A DNA stretch of 64,000 nt from Bdellovibrio sp. (GTDB lineage: Bacteria > Bdellovibrionota > Bdellovibrionia > Bdellovibrionales > Bdellovibrionaceae): assembly GCA_036676395.1 (NCBI GenBank), contig JAKFCY010000002.1, forward strand, positions 608,001-672,000, in the 5' to 3' direction. A program made the translations under genes and the position numbers. Below the pieces are notes generated by a model. The model was not told the DNA's origin, did not search any database, and worked only from the letters and a program-made list of their open reading frames with translations. Below, in pieces: positions 1-9,131 of the stretch (the stretch's first letter is position 1; every line of letters begins with the position of its first letter).

Positions 1-396
1 TATCCAATGGCTTTTTACGCGTTTTATATGTTCGGTATCGCGGTTCATTTATTCAGAACGCGCGTAAGAGCATTGAAAAATCGCGAAGTTTCGATGAAGT
101 ATTATAAGGCCTACACTGATACGCCACCGCCTGAATATTCTCGAGTGGCTGAACGTCACTATGAAAATCAGTTTGAAGTGCCAACATTGTTTTTTCCAGT
201 TGGAGTTATGCATTTTGCACTGGGAATGGCAAACCCACTAACTTTGGGATTAATGTGGCTGTTCGTAGTAGCTCGGTTGTTACATAGCTTTATTCACTTA
301 GGCAGCAATAACGTTAAATTAAGAATGCCATTCTTTACTTTAAGTTGGTTTGCGATCTTAGCCTTATGGGCGCAAATGATTTATTTCGTGGTTTAA
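1..396 (+). CDS. MAPEG-family membrane protein (probably 5'-truncated by the window)
   Basis: Hydrophobic helices with ENQFEVPTLF and ARLLHS motifs; frame is open from base 1. Confidence 0.75.
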   Translation, partial: YPMAFYAFYMFGIAVHLFRTRVRALKNREVSMKYYKAYTDTPPPEYSRVAERHYENQFEVPTLFFPVGVMHFALGMANPLTLGLMWLFVVARLLHSFIHLGSNNVKLRMPFFTLSWFAILALWAQMIYFVV

Positions 397-400
397 TTTA

Positions 401-1183
401 ATGAAACGGTTTTTGGTTATAGTCGGAATAGTACTTATATCGATAATTGCTTTATCTTTTGTCGGTCTTACTTTCATTTCATATCAATTACTTGATGAAG
501 TCGCACCTCATAAAACTAATTCAAAAACTAAAAATAACACTGTTGCTATAATGAACAAAGAAGTTATTGGTGTCTCACAGTCTGAAGTAGTTTCTTCGTC
601 GATTGTAGTAGTGCACAGCCAAGCTAAATCTTCGAAGGAAGATGATGAATCGGATGACGATTTTCCAAGTGTAGAGCAGTTTCTCTCAATCAACCGTCTT
701 AAGGATGAGCTGCAAAATGTTGAAATGCCCGAATTGTGTAGCGTAATTTGTGAACCCACTAGGTTTGAATTTACGAAAGAAAAAAAACAGCCTATCTATG
801 ATGTTATTGATTACTACAACAAAGAAGGCGCTAGAGCGTTGAGTGATCCGAAGTTTAGAATTACTTATCATAGATCTATAATTATGGGACAAATTTTTTC
901 GCCAACTATTATGGACTTGATTAAAGAAGCTGATGACCTTTCTAATGATGAAAACAGTAAAAATGAGGCTAAAAAACTCTGGCTTGCTTCGCGTATTGTG
1001 CCGACAATAATGTACGAATTGAATACGATGCAGCGAAAATTGAAAGATTCAAAACCGTTGATTGAATATTTCGATAAGGTTGAAAAGCTTGCAAAAAAAT
1101 GTGCTGCAAATGGTCCAGAATTAACTATTAAAGACTGTCAGCAGTTAGCTGCAAAAGTTAATATAGAAAAACCTCAAAATTAA
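401..1183 (+). CDS. Hypothetical membrane-anchored/exported protein
   Basis: 260-aa ORF with N-terminal TM segment, acidic linker and four Cys. Confidence 0.65.
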   Translation: MKRFLVIVGIVLISIIALSFVGLTFISYQLLDEVAPHKTNSKTKNNTVAIMNKEVIGVSQSEVVSSSIVVVHSQAKSSKEDDESDDDFPSVEQFLSINRLKDELQNVEMPELCSVICEPTRFEFTKEKKQPIYDVIDYYNKEGARALSDPKFRITYHRSIIMGQIFSPTIMDLIKEADDLSNDENSKNEAKKLWLASRIVPTIMYELNTMQRKLKDSKPLIEYFDKVEKLAKKCAANGPELTIKDCQQLAAKVNIEKPQN

Positions 1184-1201
1184 AATTTCACGAAGTGTTT
1201 C

Positions 1202-1252
1202 AAGCCGCAAGTTTACCGTTGGTACGGCGTGCCGACAGTCAACTTCCGGCTT
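1202..1252. terminator. Long imperfect hairpin between convergent genes
   Basis: 24-nt arms 1202-1225/1229-1252 with 3 mismatches, 2 G-U pairs and a GGC loop; no clear U-tract. Confidence 0.45.
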
Positions 1253-1267
1253 AAGAGTGGTTCAAAG

Positions 1268-1609
1268 TTATCGATTAAGTAGTTGTTTTAAATCATCCGG
1301 GATTTCTAGCGGTTGAAAAATGCCGACATTCGATAAGCCGGTATTGCCTTTCGGCGCTTTCTTAAACCATGAGCCGGGAGCTGCTAATATCAGGCGGGGA
1401 ATCTGACCTAAAATTTCAGATAAATTCCATGTCTTAAAGCCTAAACGAAACATCAATATATGAGTTAGTAAATGTGGGCCTGCGAAGTATTGCCCTAAGA
1501 TATGAGCGCGGGCTAAATGTTTCCACGCCGTTTTAAAATCAGAAGATTTTTCTGCTAAGCGCGCTAAAGATAATTCTAAATTAAAATGTTCACGAATTAA
1601 TGGAGACAT
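1268..1609 (-). CDS. DUF3703-family protein
   Basis: AWxHLxRAHILGQ and PxGNTG motifs. Confidence 0.75.
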   Translation of the reverse strand: MSPLIREHFNLELSLARLAEKSSDFKTAWKHLARAHILGQYFAGPHLLTHILMFRLGFKTWNLSEILGQIPRLILAAPGSWFKKAPKGNTGLSNVGIFQPLEIPDDLKQLLNR

Positions 1610-1612
1610 GAA

Positions 1613-2455
1613 TTAAAATAACACCGAATCAGGCAATCCCATGCGGGCTGCGATTAAGCGTACAATTTCACTGGCTGTTTCTTCTAACGCACGTTCGGTG
1701 ACGTTGAAGACTGGCCAGCGTTTATTTTGTTTAAATAAATTTTCGGCGTATTCGATTTCTTTTAAAATCTGTTGTGAAGAGGCGTAGTCGCCGCCAGTGT
1801 CTTGGCCAAATTTTTCTAATCTATTTTTACGAATACGTTGTAGTGAATCAATATCGATAATTAAGCCAACGACTTTACGTTGATCAATTTCAAAAAGCTG
1901 TTTAGGAACCGGCGAGCCTGGCACCAGCGGAATGTTAGCTACTTTCCAACCTTTGTGGCTTAGAAAAATAGATAACGGTGTTTTACTGGTTCGACTAATG
2001 CCCACAAGTACGATGTCGGCTTTATCTAATTCGGTTGAAATTTTACCGTCGTCATTACGAACTGTGTATTCGATCGCTTCGATGCGTTTGTAATAATGAT
2101 CGTTGGTTTGACGTAATAATCCTGTTTGGCTGGCTGAAGCTACCCCGAAAAAATCATCTAGAGTGACGATCAGCGGACCCAGTAAATCAACTGCGGGAAT
2201 TGATTTTTCAATACAAGTTTCTGCAATCTTTTTTCTAATTAACGGCGAAGCAAAAGTGTAGGCAATCATGCCGCGCTTTTCGAAACAATCATCGATCACG
2301 CGTAAGATTTGCTCTTCAGTGCGCAGATTTTTACAGCGGATAATATTAATTTCTTGTTCGGCGTACTGAACTAAGGCTGCACGCACCATTGTTGCGGCTG
2401 TTTCGCCGGTACCATCAGATAAAATAAAAATCGTGTGGATGTTAGTTGTAGTCAT
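1613..2455 (-). CDS. PEP synthase/PPDK regulatory kinase-pyrophosphorylase (DUF299)
   Basis: SDGTGETA, DDG, and ADIVLVGISRTSKTPLS P-loop motifs. Confidence 0.92.
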   Translation of the reverse strand: MTTTNIHTIFILSDGTGETAATMVRAALVQYAEQEINIIRCKNLRTEEQILRVIDDCFEKRGMIAYTFASPLIRKKIAETCIEKSIPAVDLLGPLIVTLDDFFGVASASQTGLLRQTNDHYYKRIEAIEYTVRNDDGKISTELDKADIVLVGISRTSKTPLSIFLSHKGWKVANIPLVPGSPVPKQLFEIDQRKVVGLIIDIDSLQRIRKNRLEKFGQDTGGDYASSQQILKEIEYAENLFKQNKRWPVFNVTERALEETASEIVRLIAARMGLPDSVLF

Positions 2456-2942
2456 GCACTATTAAGGCTTGTCTCAAACTTTCGCAACGCAGTTGTAACC
2501 ACGGTTCTGCTTGTTTTGTCATAAGCACAATATAGCGATTTTCTTCGACTCTGATCAATAAACAAACCATGATCAAAGCATCGGGAAGATGGTTAAATCC
2601 GATTTTACGTAAAAATAACGAGGCGCGTGTTTTTAAAATATTAAACAAAGGCGCCTTCGGAAGTTTAAAATGAATTTTAGGTAATTTTTTATCAATGTTT
2701 TGGCCATAGAAAAACATTTTCTGAATGTCGTTACCTTCAATCAATAAACCCATTTCAAAAAATGCAGTTAAACGTGAAAAGAAAATTTCCCATTGTTTTT
2801 CTCCGGCGCAGAATTGAATTTGTTCCAACAATTGTTGGTTCGGTTCAATTTGAAAATCCGGTGTGTGGGGAAAGTTAATCGCATCAAAATGCTCTTCGTG
2901 ATCTAGAAATTTTTCGATTTTTGAAATGAAACTATTGGCCAT
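2442..2942 (-). CDS. Hypothetical protein
   Basis: 166-aa ORF overlapping the downstream gene in the nrdR-nusB operon. Confidence 0.6.
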   Translation of the reverse strand: MANSFISKIEKFLDHEEHFDAINFPHTPDFQIEPNQQLLEQIQFCAGEKQWEIFFSRLTAFFEMGLLIEGNDIQKMFFYGQNIDKKLPKIHFKLPKAPLFNILKTRASLFLRKIGFNHLPDALIMVCLLIRVEENRYIVLMTKQAEPWLQLRCESLRQALIVHDYN

Positions 2943-2965
2943 TCATTCATCTTGAATGAATAAGT

Positions 2966-3382
2966 TTAATTTGTTGAGCTACTAACTAGGTCGCAATGCT
3001 CTAATCTGGCTTTAAGGCTAGCCGAGGGTTCGAATGGCGCAAAACAACGTAAGTTTTTGATCTGCAGTTGTTCTACGATTTGTTCTAAATCTTGGCTTTT
3101 GAATTCTTTGGGATCGTGAATTAAAAATAACCAGTCAGCATCGAAATGATTTTTACAGCCAATCAATGTCCATGGTTTTTTTGCTTTTTCAGCAGGAGTG
3201 GGCCAACCGATTTCAGTCATTAAATGGGTAAGCTCGGTTGGTTTTATAGTTTTTCGGTGGCGGTGAATTTCTGATAATAAAAATCCAGAATTAAAATTTA
3301 ATTTCCGCCACCACGCAGATGCAAGGTCCTCGTGAAGGACCCAAAGTTTACAAGCTGTCGCTGAAAGATTAGCTTCTTTCAT
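2966..3382 (-). CDS. Hypothetical protein
   Basis: 138-aa ORF overlapping the nusB stop, same operon. Confidence 0.6.
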   Translation of the reverse strand: MKEANLSATACKLWVLHEDLASAWWRKLNFNSGFLLSEIHRHRKTIKPTELTHLMTEIGWPTPAEKAKKPWTLIGCKNHFDADWLFLIHDPKEFKSQDLEQIVEQLQIKNLRCFAPFEPSASLKARLEHCDLVSSSTN

Positions 3383-3770
3383 TTCTGATCACCTGATCAA
3401 CGATACCATTCACAAACGAAGCCGCATCTTGGGTTCCGTAAGTTTTTGCGATTTCGATAGCTTCATTCATCGCAATTTTTGGTTCAATTAAATCAGCAGT
3501 GTAAAAGATTTCGCAAACAGCAATACGAATAATATTACGGTCAACAGAAGCCATGCGATCAACTTTCCAGTGGCGTGAAGCTTCTTGGATTTTTGCGTCG
3601 ATTTTTTCTTTGTTGGCTTGAACGGCTTTTACGATGTCGTAAGTGTATTTAAGAACGGCTTCATCAAAATTTTTATCGAAGACCGTAGCTAAATCAGAAA
3701 GAGACATCTGTGGGGCGAATTCAGTTTGGAATAGGATCTGGAGTGCGAGTTCCCTTGATTGTCTTCTCAT
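3369..3770 (-). CDS. nusB: Transcription antitermination factor NusB
   Basis: RRQSRELALQ, DRNIIR, NEAIEIAK, FVNGIVD motifs. Confidence 0.95.
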   Translation of the reverse strand: MRRQSRELALQILFQTEFAPQMSLSDLATVFDKNFDEAVLKYTYDIVKAVQANKEKIDAKIQEASRHWKVDRMASVDRNIIRIAVCEIFYTADLIEPKIAMNEAIEIAKTYGTQDAASFVNGIVDQVIRNERS

Positions 3771-4296
3771 CAGTAGCTTCTTTCGGTTTTTGTGTAGGTT
3801 GTAATTGAGTTGTTAAACTTAATTGCGGACCGCTTGTATCAATCATATCTATGAGTTCATCGCCTTCAAGTTTTTCTACGAAATCCTGGACGTCTTTGAA
3901 GGTCTTGTAAACACTGGCGAATCTAACGTAGGCCACGTCATCGAGTTGTTTTAATTCAGCCATCACACGGCGACCAATCACGCGCGCAGAAATTTCACCT
4001 TCACCACGAGTAATTACCCACGAAGCGATTCTTTCAACAATGGCATCAAGTGATGCGGTTGAAACAGGCCGTTTATTGCAGGCGTAAGATAGGCCACGCA
4101 ATAGTTTTTCTTTATTAAAGGGCTCACGACGTCCGTCTTTTTTGATCACAAACGGGTAGCTCAAGATGACGGTTTCCAAAGTGGAATATCTAGATTTACA
4201 CGATAAACATTCACGGCGACGGCGAATGCCATCGTCTTTCTGAACTCGTGTATCTAAAACTTTGTCTTCGGAATGTCCGCAAAAAGGGCATTTCAT
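3721..4296 (-). CDS. nrdR: Transcriptional repressor NrdR
   Basis: MKCPFC...RRRRECLSC zinc ribbon, ATP-cone VIKKDGRRE, DDVAYVRFASVY. Confidence 0.97.
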   Translation of the reverse strand: MKCPFCGHSEDKVLDTRVQKDDGIRRRRECLSCKSRYSTLETVILSYPFVIKKDGRREPFNKEKLLRGLSYACNKRPVSTASLDAIVERIASWVITRGEGEISARVIGRRVMAELKQLDDVAYVRFASVYKTFKDVQDFVEKLEGDELIDMIDTSGPQLSLTTQLQPTQKPKEATDEKTIKGTRTPDPIPN

Positions 4297-4435
4297 GGTT
4301 ATAAGTCCTCGGCTGTTTGTAACCTAGGGGAGGCTGGTTAGTCGGTCAATAGGGCCGAAGAACTGGACCCAATTTCTGCAAGGCGTTACTGGTAAATAGT
4401 GGTCAAATTGTGAGCGTAAATTTATGCTGGATAAT

Positions 4436-5095
4436 ATGAGCAAACTTAACATAATACTTCTTAGTTTTAGCATCCTGATTTCAGCAAGTTTTGTACACGC
4501 CGCAGGCGCTCCCATCGTCGGCAGAAAAGCCGCTGCGAAATATTTTCAAGCTAAAGGCGATAACAGTTACGAGGCCGCTTCGGTGCCGCGTTTTCCATCT
4601 ACAATTGAATCGTTAGGATCTGAAGATCACTATATGGCTTTGGGAATTTCTTCGTACACAAGTTCAAAAGCTTACAAGTGGGGCGTTAACAACGAAGAAG
4701 AAGTCGCTAAAACGGGTATTGATATGACCTATCGTTTGACTCAAGACTATGAACTTTTCGACGAAGTCATTCGTGTAAGTTACAACACTTACAAACCAGC
4801 CGGGCAAAAAGCTTCTAAAATGAGTTTTCTGTACGGGATGACCTTTCCGGATGCGACCTCTAAATTCCCACTATACTTCGGTTTTGCCGTCGGCCCGGGA
4901 ATTTTTTTCAATCAAATCGATGGTGAATCGACGGTGGCTCTGGATTATCAGATGTTTTTAGGGCTTCGCCTGTTTAATTTATTCGAGAGAACTGGTTTTT
5001 TTGTCGAAGGTGGTATAAAAAACCATCTGCATTTAACAAGTGATGGCCAGTTAAACGGAACTTACGTTTCGGCCGGAGCTGTATTTACGTTCTAG
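4436..5095 (+). CDS. Exported, probably outer-membrane beta-barrel protein
   Basis: Signal peptide, alternating aromatic strands, C-terminal Phe; start taken at ATG 4436, 7 nt after TATGCT (ORF open from 4424). Confidence 0.65.
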   Translation: MSKLNIILLSFSILISASFVHAAGAPIVGRKAAAKYFQAKGDNSYEAASVPRFPSTIESLGSEDHYMALGISSYTSSKAYKWGVNNEEEVAKTGIDMTYRLTQDYELFDEVIRVSYNTYKPAGQKASKMSFLYGMTFPDATSKFPLYFGFAVGPGIFFNQIDGESTVALDYQMFLGLRLFNLFERTGFFVEGGIKNHLHLTSDGQLNGTYVSAGAVFTF

Positions 5096-5122
5096 TTCGC
5101 GGGGCTCCGCGAGGAGTTCCAC

Positions 5123-6316
5123 ATGAAATTACACTTTATCCTTTTAAAAAAAGTCGCAGAAGCACTACACGATATTTTTGAAAATAAAAAATACGCTGAT
5201 AAAGTGATCGAAAAATTATTCAAAAGTAATCGTAAATTAGGTTCACGCGACCGCAAATTTATTGCTGAAACAATTTATGAAATCGTTCGTTACCACAGAT
5301 TTTACCAAACGGTTGCCCAGTCAAATGAATCATATAATTTATTAGGTGTTCATTTAGTTAAAAATAATTTAGACACGCAAGAATTTCAAGATGAGTATCC
5401 AATTGATGTGGATCTGATCAAAGCTAACTTAAAAAAGAAATACCCCATCGCCGTTACAGAATCTTTTCCTGACTGGATGAACGAGATGGGTGAAAAAGAA
5501 TTCGGTGCTGACGAATGGCAGTTGATCATGAAAGCCTTAAATAAGCAGGCTGATGTATATCTTCGCACTAACACTCTTCGTATTGAGCGCGAACAATTAA
5601 TTAAAGAATTAGAAAAAGAAGAAATCTTCACTGAAAAAGTTCACGGTCTTCCAGACTGTTTACGTTTGATCGAGAGAAAAAATGTTTTTTCAACAGCTGC
5701 ATTTAAAAATGGCTATTTTGAAGTTCAAGATGCAGCTTCGCAGTTTATTGCTCCGCTGTTAGATTTAAAACCAGGATTACGCGTTGTGGATGCTTGTGCC
5801 GGTGCAGGTGGTAAATCACTTCATATGGCCTCTTTGATGAAGAACAAAGGCAAGATTATTGCCATGGACATTCACGAGTGGAAGCTGGGTGAATTAAAAA
5901 AACGTGCCGCACGAAATCGTGTTGATATCATCGAGACAAAAGTCATTGATACAAGCAAAACTATTAAGCGTTTGGAAGGCTCTTTTGACAGAGTTTTGTT
6001 GGACGTTCCTTGTACAGGTTGGGGTGTGATTCGCCGTAATCCAGATACTAAGTGGAAGCTTAGCCCAGAGCAGATCGATAGTTTGATTAGCTTACAGCGC
6101 GAAATCATCACTGATTATGCAAAAATGTGTAAGGCTGGTGGGTTAATGGTTTATGCAACCTGCAGTATTTTAAACAAAGAAAACGAAGAGCAAGTAAAAT
6201 GGTTTTTAGAGTCTCCAGAGGGGCAAAAATGGAACTTCAAAAAAGATATTCGTTTGTGGCCACACAAAGATAACTTTGATGGCTTCTATGCAGCTCTTTT
6301 AGAGAAGAAAACTTAA
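5123..6316 (+). CDS. RsmB/NOP2-family RNA m5C methyltransferase
   Basis: VQDAAS, DACAGAGGKS, DVPCTG and YATCS catalytic motifs. Confidence 0.93.
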   Translation: MKLHFILLKKVAEALHDIFENKKYADKVIEKLFKSNRKLGSRDRKFIAETIYEIVRYHRFYQTVAQSNESYNLLGVHLVKNNLDTQEFQDEYPIDVDLIKANLKKKYPIAVTESFPDWMNEMGEKEFGADEWQLIMKALNKQADVYLRTNTLRIEREQLIKELEKEEIFTEKVHGLPDCLRLIERKNVFSTAAFKNGYFEVQDAASQFIAPLLDLKPGLRVVDACAGAGGKSLHMASLMKNKGKIIAMDIHEWKLGELKKRAARNRVDIIETKVIDTSKTIKRLEGSFDRVLLDVPCTGWGVIRRNPDTKWKLSPEQIDSLISLQREIITDYAKMCKAGGLMVYATCSILNKENEEQVKWFLESPEGQKWNFKKDIRLWPHKDNFDGFYAALLEKKT

Positions 6317-6407
6317 GTTTCTCTACGCGTTACCGTTCGATAAATTCTTTCAAAACTAGTGCGAATGTTCTAACCTTATCCTTTACTCAAAAAAAGGCAG
6401 GGTTAAC

Positions 6408-7859
6408 GTGGTATCAGCCAATAATCTTATCGCAGGAAAATGGACCGAAGGTACGCTACAAGTGCATGCCATCCATTCTCCTTACGATGGAAAACAAATC
6501 GGAAATTTTTCTGTTCCGACAAAAGAACAAATCAATACAGCAATCAATGCGGCAGCCGAAGCACAAAAAGCGTGGGGTCGTTTGCCAATTAAAGAACGTA
6601 GTAAAGTATTATTTAACTTTCGTAATATCTTACTTCGCGACATTGATAAAATTGCAAAATTAAAAGGGGCCGAGTGCGGTAAAACTTTTGAAGAAGCTAA
6701 AGCTGGATTAATGAAAGGCGTAGAAGTTTTAGAATACGCACTTTCAATTCAAAATCTAGACACCGGCGGAAAAGCTGAAGTGTCGCGCGGTGTATCGTGT
6801 GAATTTCGTCGTGAAGCTTTAGGCGTTGTGGCGAATATTACTCCATTTAATTTTCCGGCGATGGTTCCGATGTGGACGATTCCTATCGCGATTGCTTTAG
6901 GAAATTCTTATGTGTGGAAACCTTCTGAGAAAACTCCGTTAACATCTTTTTTTATTGCTGAAGCTTTAAAAGAAGCGGGCTTACCAGATGGCGTGTTCAC
7001 AGTCCTTCAAGGTGGCCACGAAACTGTTAATGCAATTATTGATCATCCAGCAGTTAAAGCGATTGGTTTTGTTGGATCTACAAAAGTAGCTAAGCTTGTT
7101 TACCAACGTGGTACGAACTTAGGAAAACGAGTTCTTTCTTTAGGTGGCGCAAAAAATCATATCGTCTTATTGCCTGATGCAAATATTGAACTAAGTGGCG
7201 TAGGGATTTCTGATTCTTTCACAGGCTGTGCCGGCCAACGTTGTATGGCAGCTTCGGTATTATTAGCTGTAGGTGATACTTCGGGTCACATCGAGCAAAT
7301 CGTAAAACGGGCATCTTCGATGGAACTTGGTAAACAAATGGGTGCCATCATCACGAAAGAACAAGTTCAGTTTTTAACTAAATCAATTGAAGCCGCTTCA
7401 ATCGCTGGAGCTAAGATTATTCTTGATGGCCGTAAAGCTAAAGCTCCCCCTGGTATGGAAGGTGGCAACTGGATCGGGCCAACGATTTTAGATAACGTTC
7501 AAGCCAATTCAGAGGCTTCGAAATTAGAATTATTCGGTCCGATTCTTTCGATCATTCGTTGTAAAGATATTTCGCAAGCCATGAGCATTGCTAATAGCAG
7601 TGAATATGGAAACGCGTGCAGTGTGTTTACTTCAAACGGTGCATTAGCAGAACGTGTAGCTAAAGAAGCACACGCTGGTATGGTCGGTGTAAATGTTGGC
7701 GTTCCTGTTCCGCGTGAGCCGTTCTCGTTCGGTGGAACAATGGAATCAAAATTTGGCCACGGTGATATCACAGGTGAGCAAAGTTTGAACTTCTGGTCGA
7801 ATTATAAAAAAATCACTACTAAATGGGAAATGCAAAGCGACTCTAACTGGATGTCGTAA
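6408..7859 (+). CDS. mmsA: CoA-acylating (methyl)malonate-semialdehyde dehydrogenase
   Basis: ITPFNFPAMVP, KPSEKTP, GGAKNH, AGQRCMA, GMVGVNVGVPVP motifs. Confidence 0.9.
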   Translation: MVSANNLIAGKWTEGTLQVHAIHSPYDGKQIGNFSVPTKEQINTAINAAAEAQKAWGRLPIKERSKVLFNFRNILLRDIDKIAKLKGAECGKTFEEAKAGLMKGVEVLEYALSIQNLDTGGKAEVSRGVSCEFRREALGVVANITPFNFPAMVPMWTIPIAIALGNSYVWKPSEKTPLTSFFIAEALKEAGLPDGVFTVLQGGHETVNAIIDHPAVKAIGFVGSTKVAKLVYQRGTNLGKRVLSLGGAKNHIVLLPDANIELSGVGISDSFTGCAGQRCMAASVLLAVGDTSGHIEQIVKRASSMELGKQMGAIITKEQVQFLTKSIEAASIAGAKIILDGRKAKAPPGMEGGNWIGPTILDNVQANSEASKLELFGPILSIIRCKDISQAMSIANSSEYGNACSVFTSNGALAERVAKEAHAGMVGVNVGVPVPREPFSFGGTMESKFGHGDITGEQSLNFWSNYKKITTKWEMQSDSNWMS

Positions 7860-7871
7860 GGAATTGAAAAT

Positions 7872-9131
7872 ATGAATATACCTAATACAAAAAGATCGAA
7901 TCACATTATTTTAGCTTCACACACGAATTTAAAATATAAAGAAACTCTTCCAGTTAACTGGGGCGAGACAACGGCAAAAGAACGTGGACCAATCGTAGCT
8001 TCTGTATCAAGTGCAAAAGCACGTAACGCCATCGGTTCGCATAGCGGAAGTTACACCGTTTACCGTGCGCTTTCAGTAGCGAGCGGAAAGTTTTCTCAAG
8101 ATCACAGACCTGATCTTCATAACACTGAAGCTCCAACTCCAATTGGTCCATATCCACAATGGATTGACGGACAAAAAATCGTAACTCTTGACCCTTGGGG
8201 TTTAGATCCGATGAAACATTTTAAAGAGTATTTCGATCAAGGTTATGATATCAGACCTTCGATTGCGATGACGCAGGCCCATTTACAATTACCTGAAATT
8301 GCTGAAGCTATTAAAGCGGGTCGCTTAAAACCAGATGGTGTTATCATTAAAGAAAATGGCGATGTTAAAGTTACGAAAGTGGCTTTAGATCCAGTTTGGT
8401 ATTTACCAGGCATCGCTCAGCGCTTAAATGTTTCTGAAGGCGAATTACGTCGTATTTTATTTCAAGAAACTGGCGGCATGTATCCGGAATTTATCACTCG
8501 TCGTGATTTAAAAGTTTGGTTACCACCAATCGGAAGCTCGACGGCGTACATTTTTGGTGATGCGACTCAGTTGGCAAATCCAAAAGTTGAATTAACTTGT
8601 CGTGTGCATGATGAATGTAATGGTTCAGATGTATTCGGTTCTGATATTTGTACTTGTCGTCCATACTTAATGTATGGAATTGAAGATGCAGCTCGTACCG
8701 CTCAACGTGGTGGTGTGGGTATCATCGTGTATTACCGTAAAGAAGGACGTGCACTAGGTGAAGTGACTAAGTTCTTAGTATACAATGCTCGTAAACGCCA
8801 AGAGGGCGGTGACACTGCGGCAACTTACTTTAAACGTACCGAGTGCGTTGCGGGTGTGGAAGATGCGCGTTTTCAAGAGTTCATGCCTGATGCATTACAC
8901 TTTTTCGGGATCACTAAAATCCACAATCTTCATTCAATGAGTAATATGAAATATGATTCGATCGTGAAAAGCGGTATCGAAGTTGTAAATCGTATTTCGA
9001 TTCCAGAGGGTTTAATTCCGGGTGATGCGCAAGTTGAGATGGAAGCTAAAAAAGCTGCCGGCTATTTTGCTCCAGAAGGCGCTAAAGATGTTGAAGGTCT
9101 TAAAAAAGTAAAAGGACGTAACATTGAGTAA
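7872..9131 (+). CDS. URC1/Urg1-type GTP cyclohydrolase II-like protein (uracil catabolism)
   Basis: Long N-terminal domain (RNAIGSHSGSY) plus RVHDECNGSDVFGSDICTCRPYL and KEGRALGEVTK. Confidence 0.88.
   Translation: MNIPNTKRSNHIILASHTNLKYKETLPVNWGETTAKERGPIVASVSSAKARNAIGSHSGSYTVYRALSVASGKFSQDHRPDLHNTEAPTPIGPYPQWIDGQKIVTLDPWGLDPMKHFKEYFDQGYDIRPSIAMTQAHLQLPEIAEAIKAGRLKPDGVIIKENGDVKVTKVALDPVWYLPGIAQRLNVSEGELRRILFQETGGMYPEFITRRDLKVWLPPIGSSTAYIFGDATQLANPKVELTCRVHDECNGSDVFGSDICTCRPYLMYGIEDAARTAQRGGVGIIVYYRKEGRALGEVTKFLVYNARKRQEGGDTAATYFKRTECVAGVEDARFQEFMPDALHFFGITKIHNLHSMSNMKYDSIVKSGIEVVNRISIPEGLIPGDAQVEMEAKKAAGYFAPEGAKDVEGLKKVKGRNIE

Noticed and set aside
6364..6378. 15-mer AATGTTCTAACCTTA shared with the hsp20 leader (minus strand, near 57840-57854)
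   Set aside because: Only two copies, not palindromic, in front of unrelated genes; plausible by chance in AT-rich DNA
7872..9131. Calling this gene ribA (riboflavin GTP cyclohydrolase II)
   Set aside because: The extra N-terminal domain and the URC4/upp context indicate URC1; no rib genes are adjacent
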